DNA from: Chiloscyllium plagiosum
Lineage: Eukaryota
Assembly (NCBI RefSeq): GCF_004010195.1
Contig: NC_057720.1
Location: 9,806,385-9,870,384 of the forward strand
Direction: 5' to 3'
Length of the DNA: 64,000 nt
The position numbers and the translations under genes were made by a program. How positions within the stretch are numbered: position 1 is the first letter of the stretch; every line of letters begins with the position of its first letter. The notes below the pieces were generated by a model that worked only from the letters and a program-made list of their open reading frames with translations, was not told the origin of the DNA and ran no database searches. Positions 48,905-63,639 of the stretch are shown here, piece by piece.

Positions 48905-51619
48905 ATTATTTAAGAAAAGTGGTAAGGAAAAACCGGAGACCTATAAACCAGTGAGCCTCTAACAATGTGAGTAAGTTGTTGGAGGGGATTCTGAGGGACA
49001 TAATTTACATGTATTTGGAAAGACAAAGTCTGATTGCAGAGAGTCACCTTGGCTTTGTGTGTGGGAAATCATACCTTACTAATTTGACTGTGGTTTTTGA
49101 AGAGGTGCAAATAACAATTGATGAAAGCAGAGCAGTAGGCATTCTGCATTTGGACTTCGGCAAGGTGTTCAATAAGGTTCCACATTATAGACTGGTCAGT
49201 AAGGTTAGATCACAGCAAATTCAGAGCAATTCAATATCAAATTATTTTGAAGGTAGGAGACAGAGAGTTGTGGTCAAGAATGTTTTGACAGACCGGAAAC
49301 CTATGACAAGCGGTATGCCGCAAGGATTGGTGCGAGGTCCACTGCTTTTTTATCATTTATATAATTATATTGGATATGACTATAGGTCAGTAAATTTGCA
49401 GATGACACCAAAATTGGTGATGTAGTGGATGATGAAGAAGGTTACCTCAGAGTAAAATGGGACCTTGTTCAGAGGGGCAAATGTGATGAGGAGTGGCAGA
49501 TGAAGTTTCATTTAGATAAATGAGAGGGGCTGCATTTCGGAAAGATGTATTGGAGCAGGACTTATACACTTAATGGTGAGATCTCGTTGCCAAACAATGA
49601 GACCTAGGGGTGTGGGTGCATAGTTCCTTAAAGGTAGGGTCGCAGGTAGACAGGATAGTGAAGAAGGTGTTGGGTACACCTGTCTTCATTGGTCAGTGCA
49701 TTGAGTATAGCAGTTGGGAGGTAATGTTGCTGCTGTACAGGACGTGGGTTCAACCACTTTTAGAAAATTGTTTTCAGTTCTGGTCTCCCTGTTATTGGAA
49801 AGATGCTGTTAAACTTGAATGGGTGCAGAGCAGATTTACAAGGATGTTGCTGGGACTGGACAGTTTGAGGTATAGGAAGAGACTGAATAGACTGGGATTG
49901 CATTCCCTGGAATATCACTAATGAGAGGCATGGATAGGCTGAAAATCCAAGGTCTTTTTCTCAGGATAGGGGAGTCCAAAACTAAAGGGCAGAGTTTAAG
50001 GTGAAAGGGGAAAGATTTAAGAGAGACCTAAGCAGCAACTTTTTCAGACAAAGGGTGATGCGCGTATGGAATGAGCTACCAGAGGAGATGGTGGAGGTGA
50101 GTTATATTATAACATTGTTACAACATCTGCACGGATGCATGAATAGGAAGGGTTTAGAGGAATATGGGCCAAATGCTGAGAAATGGAACTAGATCAGCTT
50201 AGCATGTCTGGCTGGTGTGGATGAGTTAAACCGAAGGGTCTGTTTCTGTGCTGTATGACTCTATCTCTTTTCCTAAAGGTCATTAATAAATTAGAAGGGT
50301 TTTTACAACAAATGTGAAATCTTCACAGCTACCATTACTGCAAACAATATTTAATTCCAGATTTGACTGAATTTAAATTTCACCTGCTGCTGTCATGGGA
50401 TTTGAACCCATGATCCAAGGCAGTTAACGTGGGCCTGTGGATTGTGAGCAACCACTGCAAATGGTGGAATTTAATTCAATTTATAAAATCTGGAATTTAA
50501 AATCTACTGTTGACCATGAATCTGTTGTCAGTTGTCAGGAAAAACCCATCTGGCTCACCTCACATCCCTCAGGGAAGGAAACTGCCAACCTTACCTGGTC
50601 TGGTTTACATGTGACTCCAGACCCACAGCAATGTGGTTGACTATTAACTGACCTCTGAAATGGCCCAACAAGCCACTTAGTTCAAGGGCAGCTAAGGAAC
50701 AAGCAATAAATGTGGGCCAGTTCACATCCCATGAATGAATTAAAATAAAATGAAGAATATCACAGAGACATGGAAAGGTGACAATATGAGGCTGGTTCAT
50801 CATCTGATGAAAAAGCATTGTGCACTGAATAACTTCTGTTGGCAGGTCACACTGAACAATTCAACTGGGAATAATTTAACAAGAGCAAACCTGATAATGC
50901 ACCTGCGATTTCAGTCTGCAGTGGAATTAGTCTCCCCTCCAAGCCACGTGTTGTCTGGGTGTGGAACTGCATCCTTGAGTGTTGCTGGGTCAGATTCCTG
51001 GTGCTCCCTCCCTAATGGCATTATGGGTGCACCGATGCCATGTGACTGCAGCAGTTCAGGATGGCAGCTCATCACCACCTTCTTAAGACAACCAGGAATG
51101 AACAATAAATGTTGACCTAGCCAGAAACAGCCACATCCAATGACTGAATACGAGATGAGGTGAGGGGCGGAAAGTCTTGACGAACTGCAGCTGTTCTAAC
51201 TGTGCTAAATAAAAACCCTTGGATTATTTTTAACATTATCTCTCTGCGATAATTAGTTCTCTTTGACAAAGATAAGTGACACCTTCCCATGATACACCCA
51301 GCAAAAAAACCTTGGCACTTTTGGCACCGTAATGTAGAGCCACAATTAGCGCAAGCTTTTGACATGTTTCAGCTGTATCTATCCATATTAATGCAAGAAA
51401 ACTTCTGCCTCTCGCTTTTCTCGTTTGATGTTGCAGACAGCGCTGCTCTTCCATCTCATAAATATTACACCCACGGCAAAATTAATCCCCCAGCAGATGG
51501 GAACCTCGTTGAAGTATGGTGTTTATAAATCTTGTCCATTCACATTTTAGCAGAGCACCAGGACTGGTGTTTAGTCAGAAAATTGCTGGTGTGTTGGTAG
51601 TGTCCCTGGATGAGTAATC

Positions 51620-53990
51620 CATCACCCCAGAATTGTTACAGTACAGAAGGAGGACATTCAGTCCATCATATGTACACTGACTCTTGAAACTAACATAGTG
51701 CCAAACTCTTCCTTTTCCCCACAGACTCTGCATATTGATTCCACTTTCATAATTAGCCAATTATAATTAGCCACCTCACTTTCAAATAGTGCATTCCAGA
51801 CCCACCTCCTCATTGAGTCAAAATGTCTTTCTCACCCTGTATTTGCTTCATTTGTGAAACACTGTAAAACTGTAGCGTCCAGTTCCCAATCCATTTAGAG
51901 GTGGGAATAGTTTCTCCCAATCTGTTCTGTCCAGATCCCTCCTGAAATGTAAACTTCCTTCAAATTTCCTCTAAACCTTCTCCTCCAAGTCCCAACTTCT
52001 CCAATCTTTCCTCATAACTAAAGCATCCAATCTGTGGAATTATGCTTATAAATCTCTTCTGCATTCTCTCTCATGCATTCACGTCTTTCCTATAGTGTGG
52101 CACCCAGAACTGGACACAGTGCTCCAGCTGAGGTCTAACTAGCGTTCTATGAAAGTTCAGCATAACCTTCCTACTTGTGTACTCTATGCCCTTATTAACG
52201 ATGCTTGAATATTGCATGCTTTGTTATCTGTTTCCTCTCCCTGTCCTGCCACCTCTAAGGACTTACAAACATATATATCTGGTTTCTGTATTGCTAATAA
52301 TATTCTTTATTTTGTGTTGTCTCTCTACAATCTTTGTATCAAAGGTCACTTCTCTGCATTGAATTTCATCTGTTATCTATCCACCCCCACCAAAAATGTA
52401 TTAATGTCCTTTTGAAGTTCTACACTGTCCTCCTCTCAGTTTACAATGTTCCCACATTTTGGTGTGTCCATAAACTTTTAACCTGTTCTCTACCCACCAG
52501 AATCTAGATCATTGTTACATCAAGAAAGCAAAAATCTCAATATCAATATGGAGAGCTCCACGACAAGCATTCCTCCAGCCTGAAAAATACCCATTAACCA
52601 TGTTTCCTATTCCCATTTCAATTTTGTATCCAGTGCCAACTTCTTCAATCTACCCTCTTAATTGAAGTTTCTCAATCCTGGAACCATTCTTGTAAATCAC
52701 TTCTTCATTCTTTTCTACATCGTTTCTACAATGTGGAAGCCACATGATACTCCAACTGAGGTCCAACAAATGTCTTAGATAACTTCCTTATTTACAACAC
52801 TGTGCATAGCACTGTATTGAATGCCTTTTGGAGGTCCACATGTATTACATCAGTGTCCTTCCCCTCTTCAAAAAACACTAGCAAGTTAGTCAAACATGAT
52901 TTTCCCTACACAAATCCATGCTGACTATTTCAGATCAAGCATATTTTTCCGAGGGGTGGTATGGTGGCTCAGTACTTAGCATAGCTGCCTCACAGCACCA
53001 TGGACTCGGGCTTGGGTAACTGTGTGAAGTTTGCACATTGTCTCTGTGTCTGCATGGGTTTCTTCTGAGTGCCCCTGTTTCCTGTCACAGTCCAAAGATG
53101 TGCAGCTTAGGTGGATTGATCATGCTAAATAGCCCTGTAGTGTCCAGGGATGTGAAGGCGAATTGGAAGCATTCATTAATTCTATCATAAATAATTGTTT
53201 CCAGAAATCTCCCCATCACCAATTTTAAACTGACTGTCATTGTTAAACCAACCTTTAAAAATGTTATTTCAACAAGGACATGTTTGCAATTGTCTAATCC
53301 TCCAACACCATCCCTGAATCCTAGGAAGATTAAATGATAATTGCCAGAACTTCTGCAACTTCAACGCATACTTACTTCAATGTTCTTGAGTCTATCTCAT
53401 CTTGTCCCTTTGTCTTATCAACTTGAAGTGCTAGCAGCTTATGCAATCCGTCCTCTTCATTCATTTTAAACTCTTCTAGTGACTGACTTTCTGGTCTACA
53501 ACAACAGTCTAGGAGGCATAGATAAAGAGAGGTGCAAAGTATTCATTTAACACCTTAACTATGCCTCTGGCCTCATCATGTCAATCCCCTGGTGGTCTCC
53601 AGTTGGCCCTACTTCTTTACATCAAGTTTTACGATTGATGTGCTTATGGAACGCTCCTGGATTTCCTTTAATATTAGCTGCCAGTTTTCTTTTCATAATC
53701 TGTCTTGTACTTGGTTTTCCATCTCCCTTCTGGAATTCTGATATTCAGCTTAGTTCTAAATTGCATTTACCAATGTGTATCAGTCATACACACACTTTTT
53801 CTTTTTTAACTTAATTTCCATCTCATTTGTCACCTAGGGAGTTCTGAATTTGATTTTTATTTTCCTTCCTGAGGGGATGTACCTCAATTGTGCCCAAATG
53901 ATTACATCTTTGAAAGTAGCCCATTATTCAGCTATTATTTATTATGCCTAACTTTAGTTCCAGTCTATCCAGTCTCTGTTCTTGCCCCAT
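51620..53990 (-). mobile_element. Old, highly degraded CR1-like LINE with a nested SINE (about 52952-53155)
   Basis: Minus-strand remnants such as cccagaactggacacagtgctccagctgagg, gccttttggaggtccacat and acaaatccatgctgact. Confidence 0.65.
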
Positions 53991-54014
53991 TGAAGTTGAT
54001 TATTGTTACTCTCT

Positions 54015-54628
54015 CATAGAGTTGCACAGCACAGAAACTGACTCTTTGGTCCAACTCGTCTATGCCAACCACATATCCTAAATTAATCTAGTCCCATTTG
54101 CCAGCACTTGGCCCATATCCCTCTAAACACTTCCTATTCATATAGCCATCCAGATGCCTCTTAAGTGTTGCAAATGTATCAGCCTCCATTACGTCCTCTG
54201 GCAGCTCATTCCATTCACGTATCACTATTGACGTGAAAACGTTGCCCCGAGGGTACCTTTTATATCTCTCCCCTCTAACCTTAAGCCTATGACCTCCAGT
54301 TTTGGACTCCCCTACCCTGGGGAAAAAAGACTTGGGCTATTCACCCTATCCATGCCCCTCATGATTTCATAAACCTCTACAAGGTCACCCCTCAGTCTCC
54401 AACTCTCCAGGGAAAGCAGCTTCAGCCTGTTCAGCCTCTCCCTGTAGCTCAAACCCTCCAACCCTGGCAACATCCTTGTAAATCTTTTCTGCACCCTTTC
54501 AAGTTTCACAACATCTTTCCTGTAGCAGGGTGACCAGAATTGAAAACAGTATTCCGAAAGTGGCCTCACCAATGTCATGTACAGCCACAACATGACATCA
54601 CAACGCCTATACTCAATGCACTGACCAA
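54015..54628 (-). mobile_element. CR1 LINE 3' fragment
   Basis: [37 protein letters not shown]. Confidence 0.92.
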
Positions 54629-57600
54629 AATCATTTTCCACTATCATCTGAAACATTATGATACAAAAATCATTGTCCACTGACATTTGCCAACCTCATT
54701 TCCAAGAATTCTACTCTTCCACCAAACTTGGCCTTGCAGTGTTTCCATTCTTGTTGGACTGGACACATACTATTGTAGAAAATTCTCCTAAACACAAAAT
54801 CTAGGAATGATCATTTCTTACTGCTCCTTATCTGCTCCTATCTGGATCGATATTAAGATAGTAATCATACAAAGGGCAGTGAAGAATAAGTTAAGGCTCT
54901 GAGGTCATGATTTCAAAATCAATTCTGGCAGCTGGAGAAATTTAAAATCATTTAATAAGTCTGAAATATAAAGTTAGTCTCAGTAATTTTGACCAATCAT
55001 TAATGGTCATAAAAACTCACTTGGTTCACTTGTGCCCTGTGGGGAAGGAAATCTGCCATCCTTACTTGGTTTGGCCGACATGCCACACCTGAACTTCAGC
55101 GATATGCTTGACTCAAGTTGCCCTTTAAACCAATCAGCAGGCCACTCAGTTTAAAGGCCAATAGAGTTGGGCGATAATAAAGAAAAAAATTAGCCGGGAT
55201 CACAAAGGTATACCCCAACGGTCTGGGAGCAGCACAAAGGTGTTCTGTGCTACTTTGTGATCATCTCCAATTCAGACTGAGTAAGATATCAAGTCAAACG
55301 TGATGATCCATATCTGACAGGAAGGGTCATAAGGGAATATTGGAAAATCTAGTGCTGAGTTATAGACTCATCTAGCTGCAAGGTGAGATACAACATCAGT
55401 AGAGGTATACATTGTGCTGATTGGTTAATTCAGATTGATAGCGCCATATGTAAAATTATGCCAATGGTAAGGATTCAATTCCCATTGTGGCAGTGGAGGT
55501 CATGGAGATCTGGCTCCTTGCAGTAACTCACTCTCGTTGCCTCACAATTTATATGTTAACCAGTTGTTTCTCATCAATGAATACACATTACAATGGTCTT
55601 TAGCTAATTACAGTCAACCTGAGATACTTTCTATCACCAAGTTCTGCCTTGTAATGTCTCTGCCCTGCCTCTTATTGTTTGTTGATGAATCAATCATCCA
55701 TTCTTTAGTTACTTCCAGACTCGACTATCTCAATGTTTGCCTGGTCTTCTTGTTCCCTTGTAAATGTTGATATAATCAAGATGCTGCTACCCAAATCCTG
55801 ACTTGCACTTTCTGTTTAGCCCTGACCCTTGATGCTCACTGACCTACATTGGCACCTGGTCCAGTAATGTCTCAGTATTAAATTTCTTATCCTTGTTTAT
55901 AAATCTCTTCATGCCTTCCTCCCCTCCTTATTTCCGGCCTTATAGTCCTCCAAGGATTCTACGCTTCTCAAATTCATCTCCAACATCAACATGACGCTTT
56001 GATTAAAGCAACACTAAAAATGTAAATATATAAGTGTTACTCTGTACTGAGCTCAAGGACATCCTTAGTTTTAAAGCTTAGCCTAATCAAAATCATCTAA
56101 TTCTGAATTGAGCTGGAGTTACGGCGGAGTCTGTTCTGAGACCAAAAGGGTGTGGGATTAGCTTGTAGACAGTCCCGTTGCCTGACTCCTGTTGGTTATA
56201 AACACACACTGAAAAACCAAGCGAGCAGCCCATTAGACCAATGCACACATATCCAAGAAGTGGGAAGGGTGGCACGGTGGCTCAGTGGTTAGCACTGCTG
56301 CCTCAAGACACCAGGAACCCAGGTTTGATTCCATTCTTGGGAGATTATCTGTGTGGAGTTTACACATTCTCTGTATGAGTTTCTTCTCCCACAGTCCAAT
56401 GAAGTGCAGATTCAGTGGATTGATCGTGCCTAATTGCCCATAGCATCCAGGGATGTGCAGGCTAGGTGGATTGCCATGGTAACTGCAGGGTTCCAGGGAT
56501 AGGGAGGGGAATCGGTCTAGTGGAATGCTCTTTGGAGGGTGAGTATGGACACAATGGGCCAAATGGCCTGCTTTACACTGTAGGGATTGTATGAAGAACA
56601 GCAATCTTATTGAAGGAGTGTTGATCCCAAGAGCCGGACTTGTGATCAAAAGAATGGGCATTGGAATCCCATGATGACAGGATGAGGGTGTGATTAGAGG
56701 TTGGGGAAGAATGTAGAGACAAAAAGTTGGTGTCAGTACCAGTGAAGCTAAAAGGATTGGGTTGTTATAATTGGTTCACAATTTCTGAAAGGGTTGGAAG
56801 CCAACGTATTCTTACTTGATTTTGAAAACTTCTAGCAATTTTACTGTTAACCATCTCCTCCCCAAGGAAACCAATCCCAAATTGTCCAATTTATCTTGGT
56901 GCATGTATGGAACTATGTGCCAAAGGAAGAAGTACATCATTAAAAGGCACTTGGATGTGTTATATGAATAGGAAGGGTTTAGAGGGATATGGGCCAAATG
57001 CTGGCAAATGGGACTGGATCAGTTTAGGATATTTGCTCGACATGGACAAGTTGAAACAGGGTCTGTTTCCATGCTGTATAAGTCTATGAGTCTCTGGCTT
57101 TAGCTTTCTAGCTGATGTTTCTCATCCCTGGAACCAATCTCATGAATGTTCTCAACACTTTCTCCAGTGTTTTCATGTCCTTCCTGAAGATGGGGGGAGA
57201 GAAGGTTTAGCTTCATTAGATCTAGTCTCCATTCCCAACCCCACCCCCACCCCCAGCTTGGTGTCCTCACACACAAACAAATGGTTCCTGTGGCATGTGA
57301 TGGTCAGCTGGCTATTGCAGCTGCCATTGTGGATAGTCACTGTAATGGCTAAAAATAGTCAGAATTTGAATTCTTCTACCACAGTGGTAAGTGAAGACAA
57401 ATTCTGTGAGAGTTCTACGAGGGTTTGTTTTTATTCATTCATGAGATGTGGCTGTCACTGGTTGGGCCAGTGTTTATTGCCCATCTCTAATTGCCCAGAG
57501 GGTAGTTAAGAGTCAACCACATTGCTGTGGGTCTGAAATAACAATCTGGCCAGACCAGTTAAGGATGGAATATTTCCTTCTCTGAAGGACATTTCTGGCA

Positions 57601-59039
57601 AAGGACAAGGGTTTTGTGGTCACCATTCGACTTTTACTTTCAGAGTTTTATTGAACTCAAATTCCAACATCTGCCATGTGTCATTTGTACCTAAGACTCC
57701 AGAACATTACTTAGATCTCTCGATTAATAATCTCGTGATAATACCACAAGGGCGCCCCTGCCTAGACAGTTTGATGTGATCTGGAACCAGAATTTGTGTT
57801 TTCTTTAAAAGAGTTAAGGATACATCCGTTTCTTAGAGAATAATTCCTATGTCATGCATTTTATATGGTTTTACATTCCGGTTTGTTTGCTTGGAAAGGT
57901 TTTTTGAAATTCTAAGGAGGAAACGGCTACTTTTCACGTTGGCTATGTATGGAATGCCTATTTTTATAAAAATGAAAGTATTTGACATACTGTCAAGAAT
58001 TGTTTTCACTTATAATCTTGTCTTTTTACCTGGAACAAAATAAATGCTTAGCACTTGTATCTTGTACATCTTAAAATAGTGGACACAAGAACGGTGTGTG
58101 AATACATTAAACATCCACAAAGTATAATTTTAATACCCAGGTGATTACAAACTACTTTGTGTTTTAGCTTCATTAAATGTTCAGGAGCTCCCCCATCCCA
58201 TTTCCCTTAATCTAGGATGTAAACAGTCATCAATCAATGTCCTCTGTTATAATTTGTTCAGATAACTAATGAACATCTGATATTGTTCCTTGTATCATTA
58301 GAATGGATTCTAAATTCAAGGTGGATCTCAGTGTGTTTTGAGCCAAATTACCCAGAATAATAGCATTTCTGAAAATATAATTTTGGAACTTTACGTTTGA
58401 TTAGTTTCTCATAACCCCGACAGCCCAGAAGGGCAATTAATTCAACGGTCCTTAGCTATCGTTTCAAGTGGAGCTTCTTTTGTCTTTGTCAAAATTTTGT
58501 CTTTTCCTCTTTTATTCTTGTTTTCAAATGCTTGCCCAATTCTCCATTAAATGATATTTGATCTATTTTGTTTGTTGTTATAGCCAGAAAGAGATGCCGA
58601 ATGTTGTTGCCTCTTCATTGTGAATTTGCTGATCATTACAAGCAAAACCTTTTCCTTTACTCCCTTAAAATATATTGCGATCACAAAAATTTCCATTAAG
58701 TCACCCGCACAACAGCCAGACAAAGGATATTTTTCAAATGATGTTGGGGCTTGGAAAATTAAACGCCTCACTCAATCCTTTTGTTTCCTGATCAGAAAGA
58801 AGGTGCAAAGATGTGTCTTCACCCTTTGTAATCAAATCTTACCATCGTCAACTCAACTTCCATCCCACTTGAAGAAGAAGAAGAAGAATTCTTAAAAGTT
58901 CCACAATGTACCAACTTCACTGGGCTCAAAATTATTTGGTCAGCCTCTACTTCTGACTTTTATAGAATCTTACTGTGCCCAATATGGCTGCCATATTTTT
59001 TCTGCTTCGCATCAATTCTATCAACTCAAATCATCAAGC

Positions 59040-59528
59040 ATTCTACCTTGGTGCATAATGGCTTGGGATAGCAACTGCTCTGCCTAGGATCATAAGAAAG
59101 TACAGAAGGTGGTGTGCACAGCCCTGACCATCACAGAAGCCAACTTCTCGTCCATGGACTCCATTTACACTTCTCGCTGCCACAGAAAGGCTGCCAACAT
59201 CAGCAAAGGCCCCTCCCACCAGTAATGCTCTCTTTCAAACTCTTCAATTAGGCAGGAGATACAGAGGTTTGAGCACACACACACACATCAACAGGTTCAA
59301 GAACAGCTTCTTCCCTGCCATTATTAGATGGTTAAAAGAACCTCTCCAATCCAGTGACTTGCTTTTGTGCACATCCTATGCAGTCATACCCTATGTCTCA
59401 CTCTGTCTAAGCACCCTATGCTCTGTATGTCCTTGTTTGCTATGATCTGTCTGTACTGCTCCCAAAACAAAACTTTTCACTGTACATAGGCACATGTGAA
59501 TACAATAAATGAAATTAAATCAAATCAA
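59040..59528 (+). mobile_element. Rex1/Babar-like LINE 3' end
   Basis: gcaactgctctgcc...cagaaggtggtgtgcacagccc...aggttcaagaacagcttcttccc...aataaa-(aaatc)n tail. Confidence 0.65.
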
Positions 59529-61224
59529 GTCGCTGCTTTCCAAAGTAAATTTGAGAGATTTCTTTTCTTGATGCCTGTGATGTGATGTAGATGTATGTCT
59601 GTCTTTACTACATCAGTGCATTACCTTGGACTCTATCCCATCAAATGTACCTTTTCTTTCGATGTCACATGTTATTCTGAGCATACCTGGTTTCTTCACT
59701 ATTTTAAACAAGTTCTAACGAACTCCATTTATTCTGAACAGTATCCTCAGCAAACAATTATAGACCTTAATTATTCCAGTTTCAACTGAAAATTTCATGC
59801 AATGTACTTGAATCATTGCACAAGACACACATTTAGTTTTTAATTAAGCCACCTGGCACCAATGAATTGCTGATTCGTAGATAGTGGTGGATAACTTTTG
59901 ATGCACAGCCCACCTTGTGGCTTTCCATTGAAAATGTATTAATTGCCTTGTACCACACACTGGGTAAGTGCTGAGTGCTATTTCCATTCCTAGCTACTGA
60001 CAGCTCCATTCATTCACCCAGATAGAATCCCTACAGTGTGAAAGTAAGCCACTTGGCCCATCAAGTCCACACCAAACCTCCAAAGAGCATCCCCCCCATG
60101 CGCCACATTCCTGTAATACCACATTTCCCAGAACTAATCCACCTAACCTATGCAGTAAGGGGAATTTAGCACGTCCAATGCCCCTAACCTGCATATCTTT
60201 TGGACTGTGGGAGGAAACCGGAGCACCTGGAGGAAACCCACACAGACACGGGAACAATGTGTAAACTCAACACAAACAGTTGCCTGAGGCTGGAGTCGAA
60301 CCCACATCCCTGGTGCTGTGAGGCAGCAGTATTAACCACTGAGCCACCATGCCAACTTTGATCAAAACAGGGATTGCTCCTCACTTGAGATTTCACTATG
60401 TCCTGTGTCATCTAAATGCCAGGTCTGAAAATGTCCCCCACTGAGTTGACAAAACACCCAATATTGTGGCTCAGTTGGTGATGAAGCGCTCTTCTGTTTA
60501 CTGGACAGAAATCTATCCTGTGTAGTAGTCTCTCAGAACAAGACTAACCCTTGCCACATAGCAAGGACCTGTGTGTGAAATCTTTTAACATGGAGATGCT
60601 GTTGAGGTTTTTTAAATTCGTTCACAAGATGCGGGTGTCACTGACTAGACCAATATCTATTGCCCATCCCAAATTTCCCAGAGAGCAGTTAGAGTCAAGT
60701 ACATTGCTATGAGTCTGGAGTCACATATAGGCCAGACCAGGTAAGGATGGCAAACTTCATTCCCTCAAGGAGATTAATGAAATAGATAGATTTCCATGAC
60801 AATGGGTCCATGATTACCATTAGGCTAACATTTTATTCCAGGTTTTAAATCCACAATCTAAGATTAAGTGGTAAACCATTCAGGACTGAGATGAGGAAGA
60901 ATTTCTTCACACAGAGAGTTGTGAACCAATGGGAATCTCTACCAAAGAAAACCGCTGGGGCCAGTTCATTAAATATATTCAAGAGGGAGCTGGATGTAGC
61001 CTTTGTAGCTAAAGGAATCAAGGAGCATGAGGAGAAAGCGGGAATGGGATACGGAGATTGCATGATCAGCCATAATCATATTGAATGGGTAGTGCAGGCT
61101 CAAAGGACCTCTTGCAGTTATCTTCGAAGTTTCTATGTTTAACTGAATTCAAATTTCACCATCAACAATGATGGGATTTGAACCAATATCCAAAGAGCAT
61201 TAACCCTGTTTTGAGCTTTCACTT

Positions 61225-61455
61225 AGTCTTCATCTCTGTACCTCTCTCTCTCTGTCAGTCTCACTGTCTATATTGCCTTCTGTCTCTCTGTCTCTGCATA
61301 ACTCTGTTTGCCTTCATGTCTTGTTTCTCTTTCTCTGTCTTGTTCCTTGTCAATCCTTCTCTGCCCTCAGTTTCTCTCTCTCTCTCTCTCTCCTTACATC
61401 ACTCCCTGGTTTCACTTCTCTGTTTCTCAGGTCTCTGACTGATCCTCTCTCTGAT
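61225..61455 (+). repeat. CT-rich low-complexity tract upstream of the last exon
   Basis: About 230 bp of (CT)n/TCTG-rich sequence ending about 30 nt before the AG at 61485-61486. Confidence 0.85.
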
Positions 61456-61486
61456 TTGCTTTATCATGTCCGTTCTTAATTTTTAG

Positions 61487-61579
<93 letters not shown>

Positions 61580-61734
61580 TAGGTTTGAAACCAGGAACAA
61601 TTCTAGCATTTTATGATGAAGTTTATTGATAAAATTAAGCTTTTGGGGTTGGCATTTTGTTAAAAAAAAGTATTTACCACTCTGCTGTCATTTCTTTTAT
61701 GTCTATTATGAAATATAACTTTTTCTGAAGTAAT

Positions 61735-63150
61735 TCATAAAGTCATACAGCACGGTCAGCCCATGCTGACCATAATCCCAAACTAAATTAGACCCAGCTG
61801 CCTGCCCTTGGCCCATATCCCTCCAAATATTTCTTTATTCATGTTCTTAGTCAAATGTTTTTTTTTTAAATTATGTAACTGTACCCATATCCACCACTTT
61901 TCCTGGAAGCTCATTCCACACACAAACCACCCTATGTGAAAAGAAATTGCCCCTCGGGTCCTTTTTAAATCTTTCTGTTCTCACCTTAAAAATATGTCCC
62001 TTAGTCTTGAAACGCCCCACCATGGGGAAAAGACACCTGCCATTCACCTTATCTATACCCCTCATGATATTGCAAACCTCTCTAAGGTCACCTCTCAACC
62101 ATATATTCAAATATACTCCCCTGATTATTATGGGAATTATAATATGAAGATTGACATTAGTGTCATCGAAAGTGTAGGCAATTTTCACAATATAGTGTGA
62201 TTCTAATCATGGGTAGGGTTGTTTTGAGGGTTCGTAGGATCACAGAATCACAAAATATCAAAGAGGCCCTTCTGCCCAATGAGTCTGCACTGCCAAAGTA
62301 TAGTACTGTATATTAGTCCCACTTCCCAGCACGAGAACCATAGCCTTGAATGTTACAACTACAAGTGCTCATCTGAGTATTCTTAAACGTTTCTGAAGCT
62401 TCCTGCCTCCACTACCCTCCCAGGCTGTATATTCTGGATCCCTACCACCCCCTGAGTGAGAAAACAATCTCCTCAAATCCCCTCAAAACACCCTGCCTTT
62501 TACCTTAAAATTATGCCCCCTTGTTTCCACCAGGCTGCTTTCTGTCCACCCTGTCGCTGTCTCTCACAATCTTGTACATCTCAGTCACATTCCCTCCTTG
62601 ACCTTTTCTACTCTTAAGAAAACAACTTGAGCTTATCCAACCTCTCTTCATGGCTAAAACACACCATCCTGAGAACATCCTATTGAATATGAAACAAAAA
62701 CAGAAACTGCTGGAAGAACTCAACAGGTTCAGCAGCAACTGTGAAGAGAAAGCAAAATTAATGATTTGAGTCCAGTGACTGGAGTCCGACATCACTGGAC
62801 CCAAAGTTTCTCCAGTAATATCTATTTTTGTCTCAGATTTCTAGCATCCACTGTTCTTCGGTTTCCCTTCTGGTGAATCTCCTCTGCACCCCCTCCAGTG
62901 CAATCATATCCTTCCTGTAGTGCACAGAGTAGAACTTTTCATGTAGTCCTTTAGCTCTGGCCTCACCAAAGTCCTATACACCTCTAACATGACCTCTCAG
63001 CTATTTTAATGTATGCCACTACCTAATAAACTCGATTGCTTCATATGCCATCTTAACTACCTGATTAACCTGCCCGGCCACCTTCAGGAATCTGTTGACA
63101 AGCTTCCAAAGGTCTCTCTGTTCCTTTGAGTTTCTTTCCATTCATTGAGT
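61735..63150 (-). mobile_element. Two minus-strand CR1 3' fragments, the second with a nested Penelope-type element
   Basis: LRGDLREVCNIMRGIDKV...NFFSHRVVCVWNELP and EMYKIVRDSDRVD. Confidence 0.8.
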
Positions 63151-63639
63151 ATTCCCAATTGATTGAAGGTACAATGACTTTGTCTAATTCTCAGGTTATA
63201 TGAACAGAATGGCTTTAGGACGGTTCAAAACACAGTGGATAAATCAGTTCGATAACGCAGTAGGTGAAATCAATTTGTAACTGGGTGACCCTATAGCACC
63301 ACTGATAGTGTGATTCAAGGTCCAATTGTTAGAGTGTTTAAAATATATTGGGCAGGGTGACTCAGTAGCATCATGAATAGGGCAGTTCAAGACTAGCTTC
63401 AGTGAGTAATGGACTGGGTGCCTCAGTGATCTATTGAATAGGGCCTCTCAGTTGGACAATACACAGCATGGGTCCATAGTTACAATGAAAAAGCTTGCTT
63501 CAAGTCTCATTGTCAAGATGGAATGAACAGTGCAACTTGCTGAAGTGATGGATCCATCTTCAAATATATGCTCACCCCTTTGCCTGCCACACCTCCTTCC
63601 CCACCTGAGCACCCATCATCAGCATGAATTCCACTTACC

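Larger units (their letters stand above)
47020..50265 (+). mobile_element. Long degraded CR1 ORF2 (endonuclease to RT to 3' UTR) with a nested SINE and a local inverted duplication
   Basis: DLLLGN..EQVAEVSVGEHFDASDH (EN), KSPGPD, LDFGKVFNKVPH, SGMPQG and LLENCFQFWSP; many stops and frameshifts. Confidence 0.92.
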